NCBI GenBank assembly: GCA_020845705.1 | Contig: JADLFH010000076.1 | Span: 32,277-96,276, forward strand | From: Microthrixaceae bacterium | GTDB lineage: Bacteria; Actinomycetota; Acidimicrobiia; Acidimicrobiales; Microtrichaceae | Length of the DNA stretch: 64,000 nucleotides | Direction of reading: 5' to 3' | Part shown: one piece after another, positions 9,061 to 18,186 of the stretch | Layout of the letters: the number at the start of each line of letters is the position of its first letter | Position numbering within the stretch: position 1 is the first letter of the stretch | Notes under the pieces: generated by a model | The model's input: the letters and a program-made list of their open reading frames with translations, nothing else | Databases searched by the model: none | Told to the model about the DNA's origin: nothing | Made by a program: the position numbers and the translations under genes

Positions 9061-11199
9061 TCAGAGCCTACGTATAGACACGCGGGTCCAACCGTTGGGC
9101 CCCACCCCGACGACCGATTCCCACGCGCCGCTCGAGTCATCCACTCGAGCGCCCTCCGGCGCGACACCCCATCCCGAGACCACCACCTCGCTGTGCGCAA
9201 CGCCCAGCACCAGGAACGAGACCTCGTCACCGCACTCGGTGATCGCGCCCACTCGACGACATCCTGCCGAGGCGAACTTCGACACGTCACCGAAGACCGC
9301 ACAGGAACCATCCAACAACAGGGGCGCCACCACCCACAGGTCGAGGGGGCCATCGGCAGGATCAAGGGGGAAGGTGTCGCCCCGATCCACCAAGCCCACG
9401 AGCACTCCGTCGAGGTCGCGCCGTGCGAGATGCGCCCCGACCGGACCGTCCAGATCGTCGAGGCCTACATCGAGGCGAGCAGATGCTTCGGGCACCGCGC
9501 AGCCCACCACGTAGTGCCACCGGCCGGCGGGATGCTCACTCCAGCACTCGGCTGCCAACGGAACGCTCGAGCCCATCGGCTCGGCGAAGAACGACCTTGC
9601 GAGCGCGGCCAGCGCAAGATCGGGTTGGACGAGGATCCCGTCCTCGCGGCAGGTTCGAGCGACCAGATCGCGATCGATCTCCCCGATCGGATCGCCAATG
9701 CCCACAGGACCGCACGACAACGCCGCGAGACACACCTCGACATCGGCGTAAGGGTCGTCGGTGGTTACGAATACATCCTTGGAGGCGGCCAGGCCGAGAG
9801 CGCGCGCCAGTGCGTTCACGTGCAGGAACCAACCCCAGTTGCCCTGGCGGTCCGCCAGGTAGCGGTAGTCCATGGAAGTGCGGATCGACGACACCTGGGC
9901 CATGGTCGCGGCGTGGAGGAAGTCAGCCGGGGACGCCATGCACAACTGGAGGGTGAGGCCCCGGCGTGCCGCGGAGCGGTCCATGCCGTCAAGCCAGGCA
10001 CCGGCGCGGCCGGGCCTGTGGCGCAGGCCCCCGACGGTGAGGAAGATCTCCACCAGCCAGTCCTGCTCATAGGTGCATGCCCCCCAACTCGCCGCCTGCT
10101 CCATCCACGCATCCAACAGGTCCGGAGCGGCCGGATGTGCGTGGCCGGACTCTCCGTCGCGGAAGGCGGCGAAGCCACCATCGTCGCCGCTGGCTGACGA
10201 TGCGGCGAAGTAGGAAGACGAAGCCGCCAGGTGGCGGCTGTGCAACACGAGCGGAAGCCCCCCGGTTGCAGCGTGCAGAGGCGCGAACCCGCCCGGGAGC
10301 GCGTCGTCGCGCGGCTCCCAGCGCAGAGCGCCCGACGGCGGCACGACCGCGGCACCCTCGCCGAGGCCACGCGACTCCACATGGGGGTACCACCAGGAGT
10401 CGAGCTGCACGGCGTGCATCGGCAGCCCTTCGGCGGCGAGTGCGTCGACAACCGCGCCGAGTGTCTCCGCGTAGGTTCGCTCTGGGGCCGGCCGGTAGTA
10501 GTAGGTGGCGCCGTTGTCGGTCCAGTAGCTGAGGCCACGAACCGCCGCGTCCGTCGCGCGAGCACCGTGGAGGGCACCGGCTCCTCCTCGCACCATCTCG
10601 CCGTAGCGGGCCATGGCCTGCCGGGCGTCGTCGGCGACGATGAGCACGAATTCCGACACGAGCTCATCCACGGTCTCGAGGTCGCCGTGCCATCCCGCCC
10701 GGATGTCGTCGCGCGGGAACTCCTCCGATGGCACCACGATCACCGACTCGTGCGGATGGTTCAGCGGACCCAACAGCAGGGCGGGCCGGCCTGCGCCTCC
10801 CCACAACAGCGGCATCGCGGCGGGCGGGCGAAGCGGCCACGGGGCCAGGCCCAGTCCATCCGCGCGGGCGGCCGACGGGAGAGCGAACTCCATGTACTGG
10901 TATCCGAAGCTGACCACCCCGAGGGTCTCCAGCTCCGCGACCACGGGGCGGATCGACCAGGCCACCTGCGGGTCGGCGAAGCCGGCGCCACGAACCCCAC
11001 TGAGTCCACTGCCGGCGAGTGAAAGGCTGACGGCAGAGCCGTCGATCACTCCCGCAGCCAGCTCGACCTCGCCGGCGACACCGTCGGCCACCGCGGGGAT
11101 CACTTCCAGCCAGGGATCACCGTCGACCAGCAGTCGAGCATGTTCGGACGGGTCGAACGCGAGGGAATGCGACACCTCAAGGACGGTATTCGGAAGCAC
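9061..11199 (-). CDS. large hypothetical protein, possibly a TIM-barrel glycoside hydrolase-like enzyme
   Basis: 712-aa ORF with coding-like composition. The central 'YWTDNGATYYY...HAVQLDSWWYPH...YEQDW...GPVGIGD' resembles a glycosidase barrel flanked by beta-sandwich-like ends. The family is not recognised. Confidence 0.7.
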   Translation of the reverse strand: MLPNTVLEVSHSLAFDPSEHARLLVDGDPWLEVIPAVADGVAGEVELAAGVIDGSAVSLSLAGSGLSGVRGAGFADPQVAWSIRPVVAELETLGVVSFGYQYMEFALPSAARADGLGLAPWPLRPPAAMPLLWGGAGRPALLLGPLNHPHESVIVVPSEEFPRDDIRAGWHGDLETVDELVSEFVLIVADDARQAMARYGEMVRGGAGALHGARATDAAVRGLSYWTDNGATYYYRPAPERTYAETLGAVVDALAAEGLPMHAVQLDSWWYPHVESRGLGEGAAVVPPSGALRWEPRDDALPGGFAPLHAATGGLPLVLHSRHLAASSSYFAASSASGDDGGFAAFRDGESGHAHPAAPDLLDAWMEQAASWGACTYEQDWLVEIFLTVGGLRHRPGRAGAWLDGMDRSAARRGLTLQLCMASPADFLHAATMAQVSSIRTSMDYRYLADRQGNWGWFLHVNALARALGLAASKDVFVTTDDPYADVEVCLAALSCGPVGIGDPIGEIDRDLVARTCREDGILVQPDLALAALARSFFAEPMGSSVPLAAECWSEHPAGRWHYVVGCAVPEASARLDVGLDDLDGPVGAHLARRDLDGVLVGLVDRGDTFPLDPADGPLDLWVVAPLLLDGSCAVFGDVSKFASAGCRRVGAITECGDEVSFLVLGVAHSEVVVSGWGVAPEGARVDDSSGAWESVVGVGPNGWTRVSIRRL

Positions 11200-11261
11200 C
11201 AGATCATGCCCCGTGTATTCGGCTTGCCTAACATCCCCTGATTGCGATACCTTATTTGCTT

Positions 11262-11873
11262 ATGACCTCCGACAGCGCTCTCGCCTCGCTGCGGTCCGCG
11301 GCGGCGATGGTCGCCGCTTTACCCTCCGTGCGTGTCCGAGTCAGAGTCGATGGCCGCACTCTCCTGGAGGCAGTACGCCCCCCGTTCCCTCCCCTTGCAC
11401 CACACCCCGTGGTCCCTTGGTGTCGTTTCCGCAACGCCGTGATCGACGCCCACAAGGAGCGAGCGGCGGGACGACACGTATCGCTGTTGGGAGTCGACTC
11501 AGCCTCCGAGACGAGGATCGCCTACGGCGTCCGACCCGGAGAGATCTGCCGCCCCGGAGGACTGGTACGAACGACCATCGGCAGCCGATGGATCCACGCG
11601 GTGGCGGTTGCGCTCCCGGCGAGCGCTCTGGGGAGCGCAACCGACGACTGGGTCCCCGCCGACGACCTGCTGGTACGGGTGGCCGCAGTCGAGGACCCGG
11701 CACTCGGGGTGAGCATCCTGCACGTGACGACCGACGCCGGCGACCACCGGCACTCCTCCGCAGCCTTCGACGGACTCATCACCGCTCTCGGCCGCGTTGC
11801 CGCCGACGAGATCGAGGCTCACCTCGCTCCGAGCGCGGCGTGGCAGGTGACGCCCGACCCGAAGCTCAGCTGA
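11262..11873 (+). CDS. hypothetical protein
   Basis: ATG 11262 lies in ORF 11256..11873. GC3-biased codons and balanced composition support it, whereas the competing frames are R/S/P-rich shadows. No recognisable motif. Confidence 0.5.
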   Translation: MTSDSALASLRSAAAMVAALPSVRVRVRVDGRTLLEAVRPPFPPLAPHPVVPWCRFRNAVIDAHKERAAGRHVSLLGVDSASETRIAYGVRPGEICRPGGLVRTTIGSRWIHAVAVALPASALGSATDDWVPADDLLVRVAAVEDPALGVSILHVTTDAGDHRHSSAAFDGLITALGRVAADEIEAHLAPSAAWQVTPDPKLS

Positions 11874-12333
11874 GCTGCTCCGCGAGGTAAGCGGCCTCAC
11901 CCAGAGCATCGATCGCGTGGAGATGTGTCTCCAGCCAATCCGCGTGCTCCTCCTCGGCTATGAGGATCTCCTCCAGCAGGGAGCGAGTCCCGTTGTCGGA
12001 CTTCCCGACCGCCAGCGCTATTCCCCGGTTGAGTCGCTCGATCGCCTCCTTCTCGACGGCCAGATCATTGCGGAACTGCTCGGGGACCGACTCTCCGACC
12101 CGCAGAGCCGAAAGGCGCTGGAGGTTGGGAACGCCGTCGAAGTAGAGGATGCGATCGATGAGTCTCTCGGCGTGCTTCATCTCGTCGATCGACTCGTGAC
12201 GGATGTGATCGGCGAGGCGACCATATCCCCAGTTGGCGCACATCTTCGCGTGCACGAAGTACTGGTTGACGGCTGTGAGCTCAGCGGTCAAGACCTCGTT
12301 GAGGAGCTCGATGATCTCAGGGTCGCCGTGCAT
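11866..12333 (-). CDS. bfr: bacterioferritin
   Basis: '[37 protein letters not shown]' is a canonical Bfr N-terminus. The ORF is 155 aa. Confidence 0.9.
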   Translation of the reverse strand: MHGDPEIIELLNEVLTAELTAVNQYFVHAKMCANWGYGRLADHIRHESIDEMKHAERLIDRILYFDGVPNLQRLSALRVGESVPEQFRNDLAVEKEAIERLNRGIALAVGKSDNGTRSLLEEILIAEEEHADWLETHLHAIDALGEAAYLAEQLS

Positions 12334-12360
12334 GTGAACTCCGATCGCGGGGAACAGCCA

Positions 12361-12561
12361 TCATGCCGCAGCGGTGGCACTCCCGCGTCCGCCGCAGCGC
12401 ATGTGATGCTCATCGATCATGTCGCGGATCGTGACCCTGCACGTGCCGCAGTCCCCGCCGGCCCCGCACATCGCGGCGACGTCATCCACGTTTCCCGCGC
12501 CGCCGAGGATGGCCGCGCCAACTGTGTTGTCGTTCACCGCCCGGCAGGAACACACGATCAT
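12361..12561 (-). CDS. bfd: bacterioferritin-associated ferredoxin, BFD-like [2Fe-2S] protein
   Basis: 'MIVCSCRAVND...CGAGGDCGTC' Cys pattern. It lies immediately upstream of bfr. Start taken at the internal ATG 12561. Confidence 0.8.
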   Translation of the reverse strand: MIVCSCRAVNDNTVGAAILGGAGNVDDVAAMCGAGGDCGTCRVTIRDMIDEHHMRCGGRGSATAAA

Positions 12562-12654
12562 GGAATCAAGGCTACCTAACATGCTGTCGTGAGTCCACCC
12601 TTACATACGATGGGTGCTGCTGACTTCCGTCCCGGTGTCGGGCAGGCTTTGGGA

Positions 12655-13848
12655 ATGACCGATCGGCGTAACACCACAGCCCCGCCACCTTCGCCATTCG
12701 AGCCGTACCGCCTCGGGCCACTCACCCTCCGCAACCGCATCGTCAAGGCCGCCCCCTTCGAAGGTGTCATGCCCAAGGGTGCGGTCACCGACGCGCTCAT
12801 CGACTTCCACCGACGTGTCGCCGCTGGCGGCACTGCCCTCACGACCGTCGCCTACTGCGCGGTGTCCGAGGGCGGTCGTGTGCATCGCAACACGATGGTG
12901 ATGCGTCCCGAGATCGCGCCCGACCTGCGTCGCCTCACCGACGCCGTGCATGACGAGGGAGCGCTCGCCTCCGCGCAGATCGGCCACGCCGGGCTGGTGG
13001 CCAACACCCGCTCCAACCGCCGGCCGACGTTGGCGCCATCGACCCGGTGGAGCAACCCGGCGATGGCCGTGGTGCGGGGCGCGTCGCAGTCCCAGCTCGA
13101 CGAGGTGATCGAGGAGTTCCGTCGGGCAACCCAGGTGGCGCTCGACGGCGGCTTCGACGCCGTCGAGGTACACCTCGGCCACAACTACCTGCCCAGCTCG
13201 TTCCTCTCCCCCAACCTGAACAAGCGGCGCGACCACTACGGCGGCAGCATCGCCAACCGCTCCCGGTTCCCACGCCAGATCATCGACGCCGTGCGCTCGG
13301 TTGCGGGAGACCGGGTAGCTGTCACGGCGAAGCTCAACATGGCCGACGGCGTCGAGCGGGGCCTGTGGTTGGACGAGAGCCTCCAGGTCGCGCAGATGCT
13401 GGAGGCCGACGGCCAGCTCGACGCCATCCAGCTCACCGGCGGATCTTCGTTGCTCAACGGCATGTACTTCTTCCGCGGCGACGTACCGATGGCCGAGTTC
13501 ATCGCCACCCAACCCAAGGTGGTCGGCCTCGGTCTGCGGGTCATCGGCCCGAAGCTCTTCCCCGAACTGCCCTTCGAGGAGGCGTTCTTCCTTCCCTTCG
13601 CTCGCCAGTTCCGCAACGAGCTGCACATGCCGTTGATCCTCCTCGGTGGCATCAACCGCCTCGACACCATCGAGGGGGCGTTGGATGAGGGCTTCGAGCT
13701 GGTCGCCATGGCGCGCGCGCTGTTGCGCGAACCGGATCTGCCCCTGCGGATGCAGAAGGACGCGAAGCACGGCGTCGGGCTCTGCGTGCACTGCAACAAG
13801 TGCCTGCCGACGATCTACACCGGCACCCGTTGCGTGCTGGCCGGCTGA
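12655..13848 (+). CDS. NADH:flavin oxidoreductase (Old Yellow Enzyme family)
   Basis: 'FEPYRLGPLTLRNRIVKAAPFEG', 'AQIGHAG' and 'VEVHLGHNYLPSSFLSP' are OYE motifs. Start taken at ATG 12655 (MTDRRN...). Confidence 0.85.
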   Translation: MTDRRNTTAPPPSPFEPYRLGPLTLRNRIVKAAPFEGVMPKGAVTDALIDFHRRVAAGGTALTTVAYCAVSEGGRVHRNTMVMRPEIAPDLRRLTDAVHDEGALASAQIGHAGLVANTRSNRRPTLAPSTRWSNPAMAVVRGASQSQLDEVIEEFRRATQVALDGGFDAVEVHLGHNYLPSSFLSPNLNKRRDHYGGSIANRSRFPRQIIDAVRSVAGDRVAVTAKLNMADGVERGLWLDESLQVAQMLEADGQLDAIQLTGGSSLLNGMYFFRGDVPMAEFIATQPKVVGLGLRVIGPKLFPELPFEEAFFLPFARQFRNELHMPLILLGGINRLDTIEGALDEGFELVAMARALLREPDLPLRMQKDAKHGVGLCVHCNKCLPTIYTGTRCVLAG

Positions 13849-13857
13849 GCGGGACGC

Positions 13858-14478
13858 TCAGTTGATCCTGAAGCTCTGATCCTCACCGGGCGCCGGCACC
13901 TCGACGATCGGGTCGTCACGGTCGTCGAACTCGGTGCGCAGCGCCCGCGACATCACGCCGTGCATCAGATACAGCGACGTGATGTAGGTGAGCTCGAGGA
14001 TCTCGTGATCGCTCAGCCCGGCCCGCAGGGCGTCGAAGAGCCCGTCTGGGACCCGGCCGTGTTGCAACGCCAGCGCGTCGGTGTAGGCGAGCACCGCCCG
14101 TTCCAGCGGCGAGAACAGCTCGGAGGTCGACCACGACGGTATGTCTGCGATCTTCTCCTCTGAGATGCCCGCGGTCCTACACGACTTGGCGTGCTGGGAG
14201 TACACGAACTGGCTCTCGATGGCCCAGCCCACCCGTGTCTGGGCGAGCTCGCGAAGCTGCGGGTCGAGTAGTCGCTCGGGGTTTCGGTAGATCGCGAAGC
14301 CCCCGAGGCAGTTGTCGAAGATCTCCGGAACGGCCGCGAACACCGTCCACCAGTCGCCCGGGGTTCCGGTGACGGTACCCGGCTCTGCGACCGGGTCACG
14401 GTCACCGAAGAGCATGTCGTACATCCGCTCCACCGAGCCGGAGACCTCGGCCCGGGGCACCTGTCGCAATCGTGGCAT
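13858..14478 (-). CDS. carboxymuconolactone decarboxylase (AhpD-like) family protein
   Basis: 206-aa ORF whose 'MPRLRQVPRAEV...' N-terminus and helical composition are typical of CMD-family proteins. Confidence 0.75.
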   Translation of the reverse strand: MPRLRQVPRAEVSGSVERMYDMLFGDRDPVAEPGTVTGTPGDWWTVFAAVPEIFDNCLGGFAIYRNPERLLDPQLRELAQTRVGWAIESQFVYSQHAKSCRTAGISEEKIADIPSWSTSELFSPLERAVLAYTDALALQHGRVPDGLFDALRAGLSDHEILELTYITSLYLMHGVMSRALRTEFDDRDDPIVEVPAPGEDQSFRIN

Positions 14479-14618
14479 CGCGCATCACCTCCGAGGACCG
14501 GCACCATATCGATGCGGCGGGCCGTGTGGGCCTTTCCCCCTGAGCCCCAGACCGCGTAGCGTTTCGGCCCGCTTATCGAAGAGCACTCTCGATCCCTGGG
14601 CCAACGAAGTCCCCGGCA

Positions 14619-14643
14619 CCGAACGGACCCCCCGAAGGACCCC
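14619..14643 (+). repeat. tandem direct repeat CCGAACGGACCCC / CCGAAGGACCCC abutting the KimA-like start codon
   Basis: Read directly. The second copy supplies the GAAGGA Shine-Dalgarno-like sequence. Confidence 0.6.
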
Positions 14644-14644
14644 T

Positions 14645-16576
14645 GTGGCATCGACTCTGAAGCGCCTGCTGATCGGAAGACCGATCAGCACCGAGCACGC
14701 GGACCACCAGCGCATCTCCAAGACCATCGGCCTGGCGGTCTTCTCCTCCGACGCGATCTCCTCGACGGCGTACGCGACCGGCGAGATCCTCATCGTGTTG
14801 GTCGGCGTCGGCGGCATGGCGAGCATGCACCTGCTCCAGCCCATCGCCTTCCTCGTTGTGATCCTCCTGGCGCTGGTTGCCAACAGCTACCGCGAGACGA
14901 TCCACGCCTACCCCAATGGCGGCGGCGCCTACGTCGTGTCCAGGGAGAACCTCGGAGAAGTCCCATCGCTCGTGGCGGGTGCGTCCCTGCTCACCGACTA
15001 CGTGCTCACCGTCGCGGTGTCGATCGCCGCCGGGGTCCTGGCCATCTACTCGGTGTTCCCCAGCATGGAGCAGCACCGGGTGCTGATCTGCCTCGGCTTC
15101 GTCGCCATGCTGACCCTCGGCAACCTCCGCGGCGTGAAGGAGTCGGGGCGCATCTTCGCCGTGCCCACCTACATCTACATCGTGGCGATGCTCTCGTTCA
15201 TAGGCTTCGCCCTCTACCGGAAGGCCCGAGGCGAGCTCGACGTCATACCCGTCAACGAGGAGAGCCTCAAAGAGGTCATCAAGGACCACGGCCCCTACAT
15301 CGGGTCGATCTCCACCTACATCTTCGCCAGGGCGTTCGCTTCGGGTGCCGTGGCCCTCTCGGGCGTCGAGGCCATCTCGAACGGCATCCCTGCGTTCCGC
15401 AGGCCGACCTCGAAGAACGCCGCCACGACCCTGCTGTGGATGGCCGGCATCCTCGGAGTGACGTTCTTCGCCATCAACTTCATCGGCTCGTGGATGCGGC
15501 CCACGCCTTCGGAGACGGAGTCCGCTCTGTCGATCATGGGACGGGCTCTCTTCGGTGGGTCGAACCCCTTCTACTACCTGCTCCAGTTCTCCACGATGGC
15601 GATCCTGGTGCTCGCCGCCAACACCGCCTTCGCGGACTTCCCCCGGCTCGCTGCGATCATCGGCGCCGACGGCTACCTGCCCCGGCAGTTCGCTGCCCGG
15701 GGCGACCGCCTGGTGTTCTCCAACGGCATCGTGATCCTCGCCGGCGCGGCTTCGCTGCTGCTGATCGCGTTCGACGGCGATGTGACCGCCCTCATCCCGC
15801 TCTACGCCGTTGGCGTGTTCACCAGCTTCACCCTCTCGCAAGTGGGCATGGTGCGTCACCATTTCAAGGAGCGCCAGCCTCGCTGGCACCTCTCCGCGGT
15901 GAACTCGACACTGGGTGCTGCGGCCACCTTCATCGTGGCGATGGTGGTGATCGTCTCGAAGTTCGCGATCGGCGCGTGGATCGTGGTGGTGTTGATCCCG
16001 CTGATCGTGTTGATGTTCCGCAGCATCAAGGGGCACTACACGAGTGTCGGCCGTCAGCTCTCCGTGGCGCCTGCCCCTGAGGCGCCGTGCCTGACCCACG
16101 GTGCCGTGGTGCTCGTGGGGTCGGTCAACCGATCGGCGCTCATGGCACTCCGATATGCGAGGTCGCTCAACGCCAACTCCGTGCTCGCCATCAGCGTTGC
16201 CATCGACGAGGACCACACCGAGCGGCTCCGCAAGCAGTGGGCCGATTTCGAGCTCAGCGTGCCTCTCGAGGTCATCGACTCGCCCTACCGCGACCTGACG
16301 ACGATCGTGATCGACTACCTCGACGAGCTCGAGCAGCGGTGGGGATACGACTACCTCGCCGTGGTGATCCCCGAGGCGGTGGTTCCCCACTGGTGGCAAG
16401 GTGTCTTCCACAACCAGTCCGCGTTGGCACTAAAGATGCGACTGCTGAACCGTCGTGACACCATCGTGATCAACGTGCCGTTCCACCTCGCGCGCGACCC
16501 CGAGGCGGAGTCTCACATGGTCAGGAGGCGGTCCGGTGCCACCGCGATCGAGGCACCGACTCAAGATTTACCCTGA
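14645..16576 (+). CDS. APC-superfamily transporter, KimA-like (putative K+/H+ symporter)
   Basis: 'LKRLLIGRPISTEHADHQRISKTIGLAVFSSDAISSTAYATGEIL' parallels the KimA N-terminus. It has about 12 TM segments plus a cytosolic C-terminal domain. GTG 14645 is preceded by GAAGGA. Confidence 0.85.
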   Translation: MASTLKRLLIGRPISTEHADHQRISKTIGLAVFSSDAISSTAYATGEILIVLVGVGGMASMHLLQPIAFLVVILLALVANSYRETIHAYPNGGGAYVVSRENLGEVPSLVAGASLLTDYVLTVAVSIAAGVLAIYSVFPSMEQHRVLICLGFVAMLTLGNLRGVKESGRIFAVPTYIYIVAMLSFIGFALYRKARGELDVIPVNEESLKEVIKDHGPYIGSISTYIFARAFASGAVALSGVEAISNGIPAFRRPTSKNAATTLLWMAGILGVTFFAINFIGSWMRPTPSETESALSIMGRALFGGSNPFYYLLQFSTMAILVLAANTAFADFPRLAAIIGADGYLPRQFAARGDRLVFSNGIVILAGAASLLLIAFDGDVTALIPLYAVGVFTSFTLSQVGMVRHHFKERQPRWHLSAVNSTLGAAATFIVAMVVIVSKFAIGAWIVVVLIPLIVLMFRSIKGHYTSVGRQLSVAPAPEAPCLTHGAVVLVGSVNRSALMALRYARSLNANSVLAISVAIDEDHTERLRKQWADFELSVPLEVIDSPYRDLTTIVIDYLDELEQRWGYDYLAVVIPEAVVPHWWQGVFHNQSALALKMRLLNRRDTIVINVPFHLARDPEAESHMVRRRSGATAIEAPTQDLP

Positions 16577-16585
16577 TCGGCCGAC

Positions 16586-18097
16586 ATGAATTTTGTGATT
16601 CCACCGACTGCGGCCCAACCCATCTCACTCGACCAGCTCCCGTCTCTCCCGGCGGCGGCGGCAACCATCATCGGGCTGTGTGACGATCCGGAAGTCGGCC
16701 TCGACGAGCTGGGCTCTGCCGTCTCTCTTGACCCAGCGCTGTCCGCGCGTCTGCTGCGCCTGGCAAATTCCGCGGCATACAACCGCGGGCAGCCCATCAC
16801 GGCACTGGACCGGGCGATGATGCAGCTCGGACTGAAGATGGTGAAGCTCACCGCGCTGGGTTTCGTGGTCAGCTCGAGCCTCTCGGACTCCATCGGTGAC
16901 CACGGGGACGAAGTCGTAGACGGCGTCTGGCAGCGCTGCCTGGTAGAGGCTGTCGCGTGTCGGGAACTTGCCCGCGCCGCCGGCCTCCGCCAGACCTCCG
17001 AGGCGTTCCTCGTGGGTCTCTTCGACGGGATGGGCCAGCTCCTCGGCCTGATCGCCCGACCCGAGAGCTTCGGATCGATTCTGGAGTCGACGCCGTGGCC
17101 GTCGGACGAGGCCGTCGAATCCACACTCGGCATGACGCTTCCCGAGCTGGTAGGGGTTGCCCTCACCGCATGGGAGGTGCCACCGCTGTATCGCGAAGTG
17201 GTCGCAGAGGCATCCACCGATCGAGCAGCGGCATCCAATGCCGAGGTCGACCTGCTCGCCGGGGTGCTCTCGCTCGCACGGCACGCCGGCAGACAGCTTC
17301 TGGGGCACTCCAGCGGCCACGCCGAGCAGGTCGCGTCCGTCGCCGCTCGCCTGGGGGTACCTGGCGACGCGATCGACGAGATCGCCGAGGGGCTTGCCGC
17401 GAACGTCGCGCAGCTCGCCGCCAGCATGGACATCCGACTCGGTGAGACACCCGACTACGTGGCGCTCCTCACCCAGGCCCGCAGCCACATGATCGAGGCG
17501 TCGATCGCGGTCGCACAGGAGGCGATGGAGCGCTCTGCCCAGCTCAACAGCCTCCAGCAGCAGAGCGACGCCTTCCAGCGCGAAGCACGTACCGACAAGC
17601 TGACCGGCCTCGGAAACCGAGCGGCGTTCGACGAGGTGCTCAGCGCCGCGGTTGCCGACCGGATCTCCGGCGCAACCCTTTCGGGATATCTGGGCCTGCT
17701 GATCTTCGACATAGACCACTTCAAGCGGCTGAACGACACTCATGGACACCGCTGTGGCGATCAGGTGTTGGAGGAGATCGGTCGCAGTCTCGCATCGCTC
17801 ACCCGTGACCGCGAGACCGTCTGTCGTTACGGCGGCGAGGAGTTCGCTCTCATCGCCCCGACCGTCGATGACGCCACCGCCCTGCACGCGACCGCCGAGC
17901 GCATCCGCAACGCGATCGAGATGCTCGAGATCGTCTACGAGGGAATCCGTCTCGAAGTGACCGTGAGCGTGGGCGCGGTGGGTGTACGCGAGATCGCCGA
18001 TGACCGCGCCATCGAGTCGATCATCGAGGCCGCGGATCGGTTGCTCTACCAATCGAAGCACGCGGGCAGGAACCGCTCCCGCTCCGAGGTGATCTGA
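16586..18097 (+). CDS. HDOD domain-containing diguanylate cyclase (GGDEF)
   Basis: N-terminal 'LPSLPAAAATIIGLCDDPEVGLDELGSAVSLDPALSARLLRLANSAAYN' is HDOD. The C-terminal 'DKLTGLGNR...RYGGEEFALI' is GGDEF. It starts 9 bp after the transporter stop. Confidence 0.9.
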   Translation: MNFVIPPTAAQPISLDQLPSLPAAAATIIGLCDDPEVGLDELGSAVSLDPALSARLLRLANSAAYNRGQPITALDRAMMQLGLKMVKLTALGFVVSSSLSDSIGDHGDEVVDGVWQRCLVEAVACRELARAAGLRQTSEAFLVGLFDGMGQLLGLIARPESFGSILESTPWPSDEAVESTLGMTLPELVGVALTAWEVPPLYREVVAEASTDRAAASNAEVDLLAGVLSLARHAGRQLLGHSSGHAEQVASVAARLGVPGDAIDEIAEGLAANVAQLAASMDIRLGETPDYVALLTQARSHMIEASIAVAQEAMERSAQLNSLQQQSDAFQREARTDKLTGLGNRAAFDEVLSAAVADRISGATLSGYLGLLIFDIDHFKRLNDTHGHRCGDQVLEEIGRSLASLTRDRETVCRYGGEEFALIAPTVDDATALHATAERIRNAIEMLEIVYEGIRLEVTVSVGAVGVREIADDRAIESIIEAADRLLYQSKHAGRNRSRSEVI

Positions 18098-18186
18098 CCC
18101 GCTCACCCCTCTCACCCCCTCCTGACACCCCCCCGAACCGGCTTGGTTTCGGCTTCAGTGTCACAGGTCGTCGTCATGATCTGGGG

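Noticed and set aside
9001-11890. Two long plus-strand ORFs, 9001..10197 (398 aa) and 10613..11890 (425 aa).
   Set aside because: They are antisense to, or out of frame with, the 712-aa gene and the 11262..11873 ORF. Their R/S/P/G-rich composition is characteristic of non-coding frames in GC-rich DNA.
12562-12582. A possible IdeR/DtxR iron box (AATCAAGGCTACCTAAC) directly upstream of bfd.
   Set aside because: Only about 9 of 19 positions match the TTAGGTTAGGCTAACCTAA consensus without a gap, and the dyad symmetry is poor. This is not convincing without a genome-specific matrix.
12601-13791. A 396-aa minus-strand ORF.
   Set aside because: It is antisense to the OYE-family oxidoreductase and has no motifs, so it is a shadow ORF.
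14573-16411. A 612-aa minus-strand ORF.
   Set aside because: It is antisense to the KimA-like transporter. The sequence is extremely R/G/D/H/E-rich with no hydrophobic core or motifs, so it is a shadow ORF.
16625-18115. A 496-aa minus-strand ORF.
   Set aside because: It is antisense to the HDOD-GGDEF gene, whose plus frame carries clear domain motifs. The composition is shadow-like.
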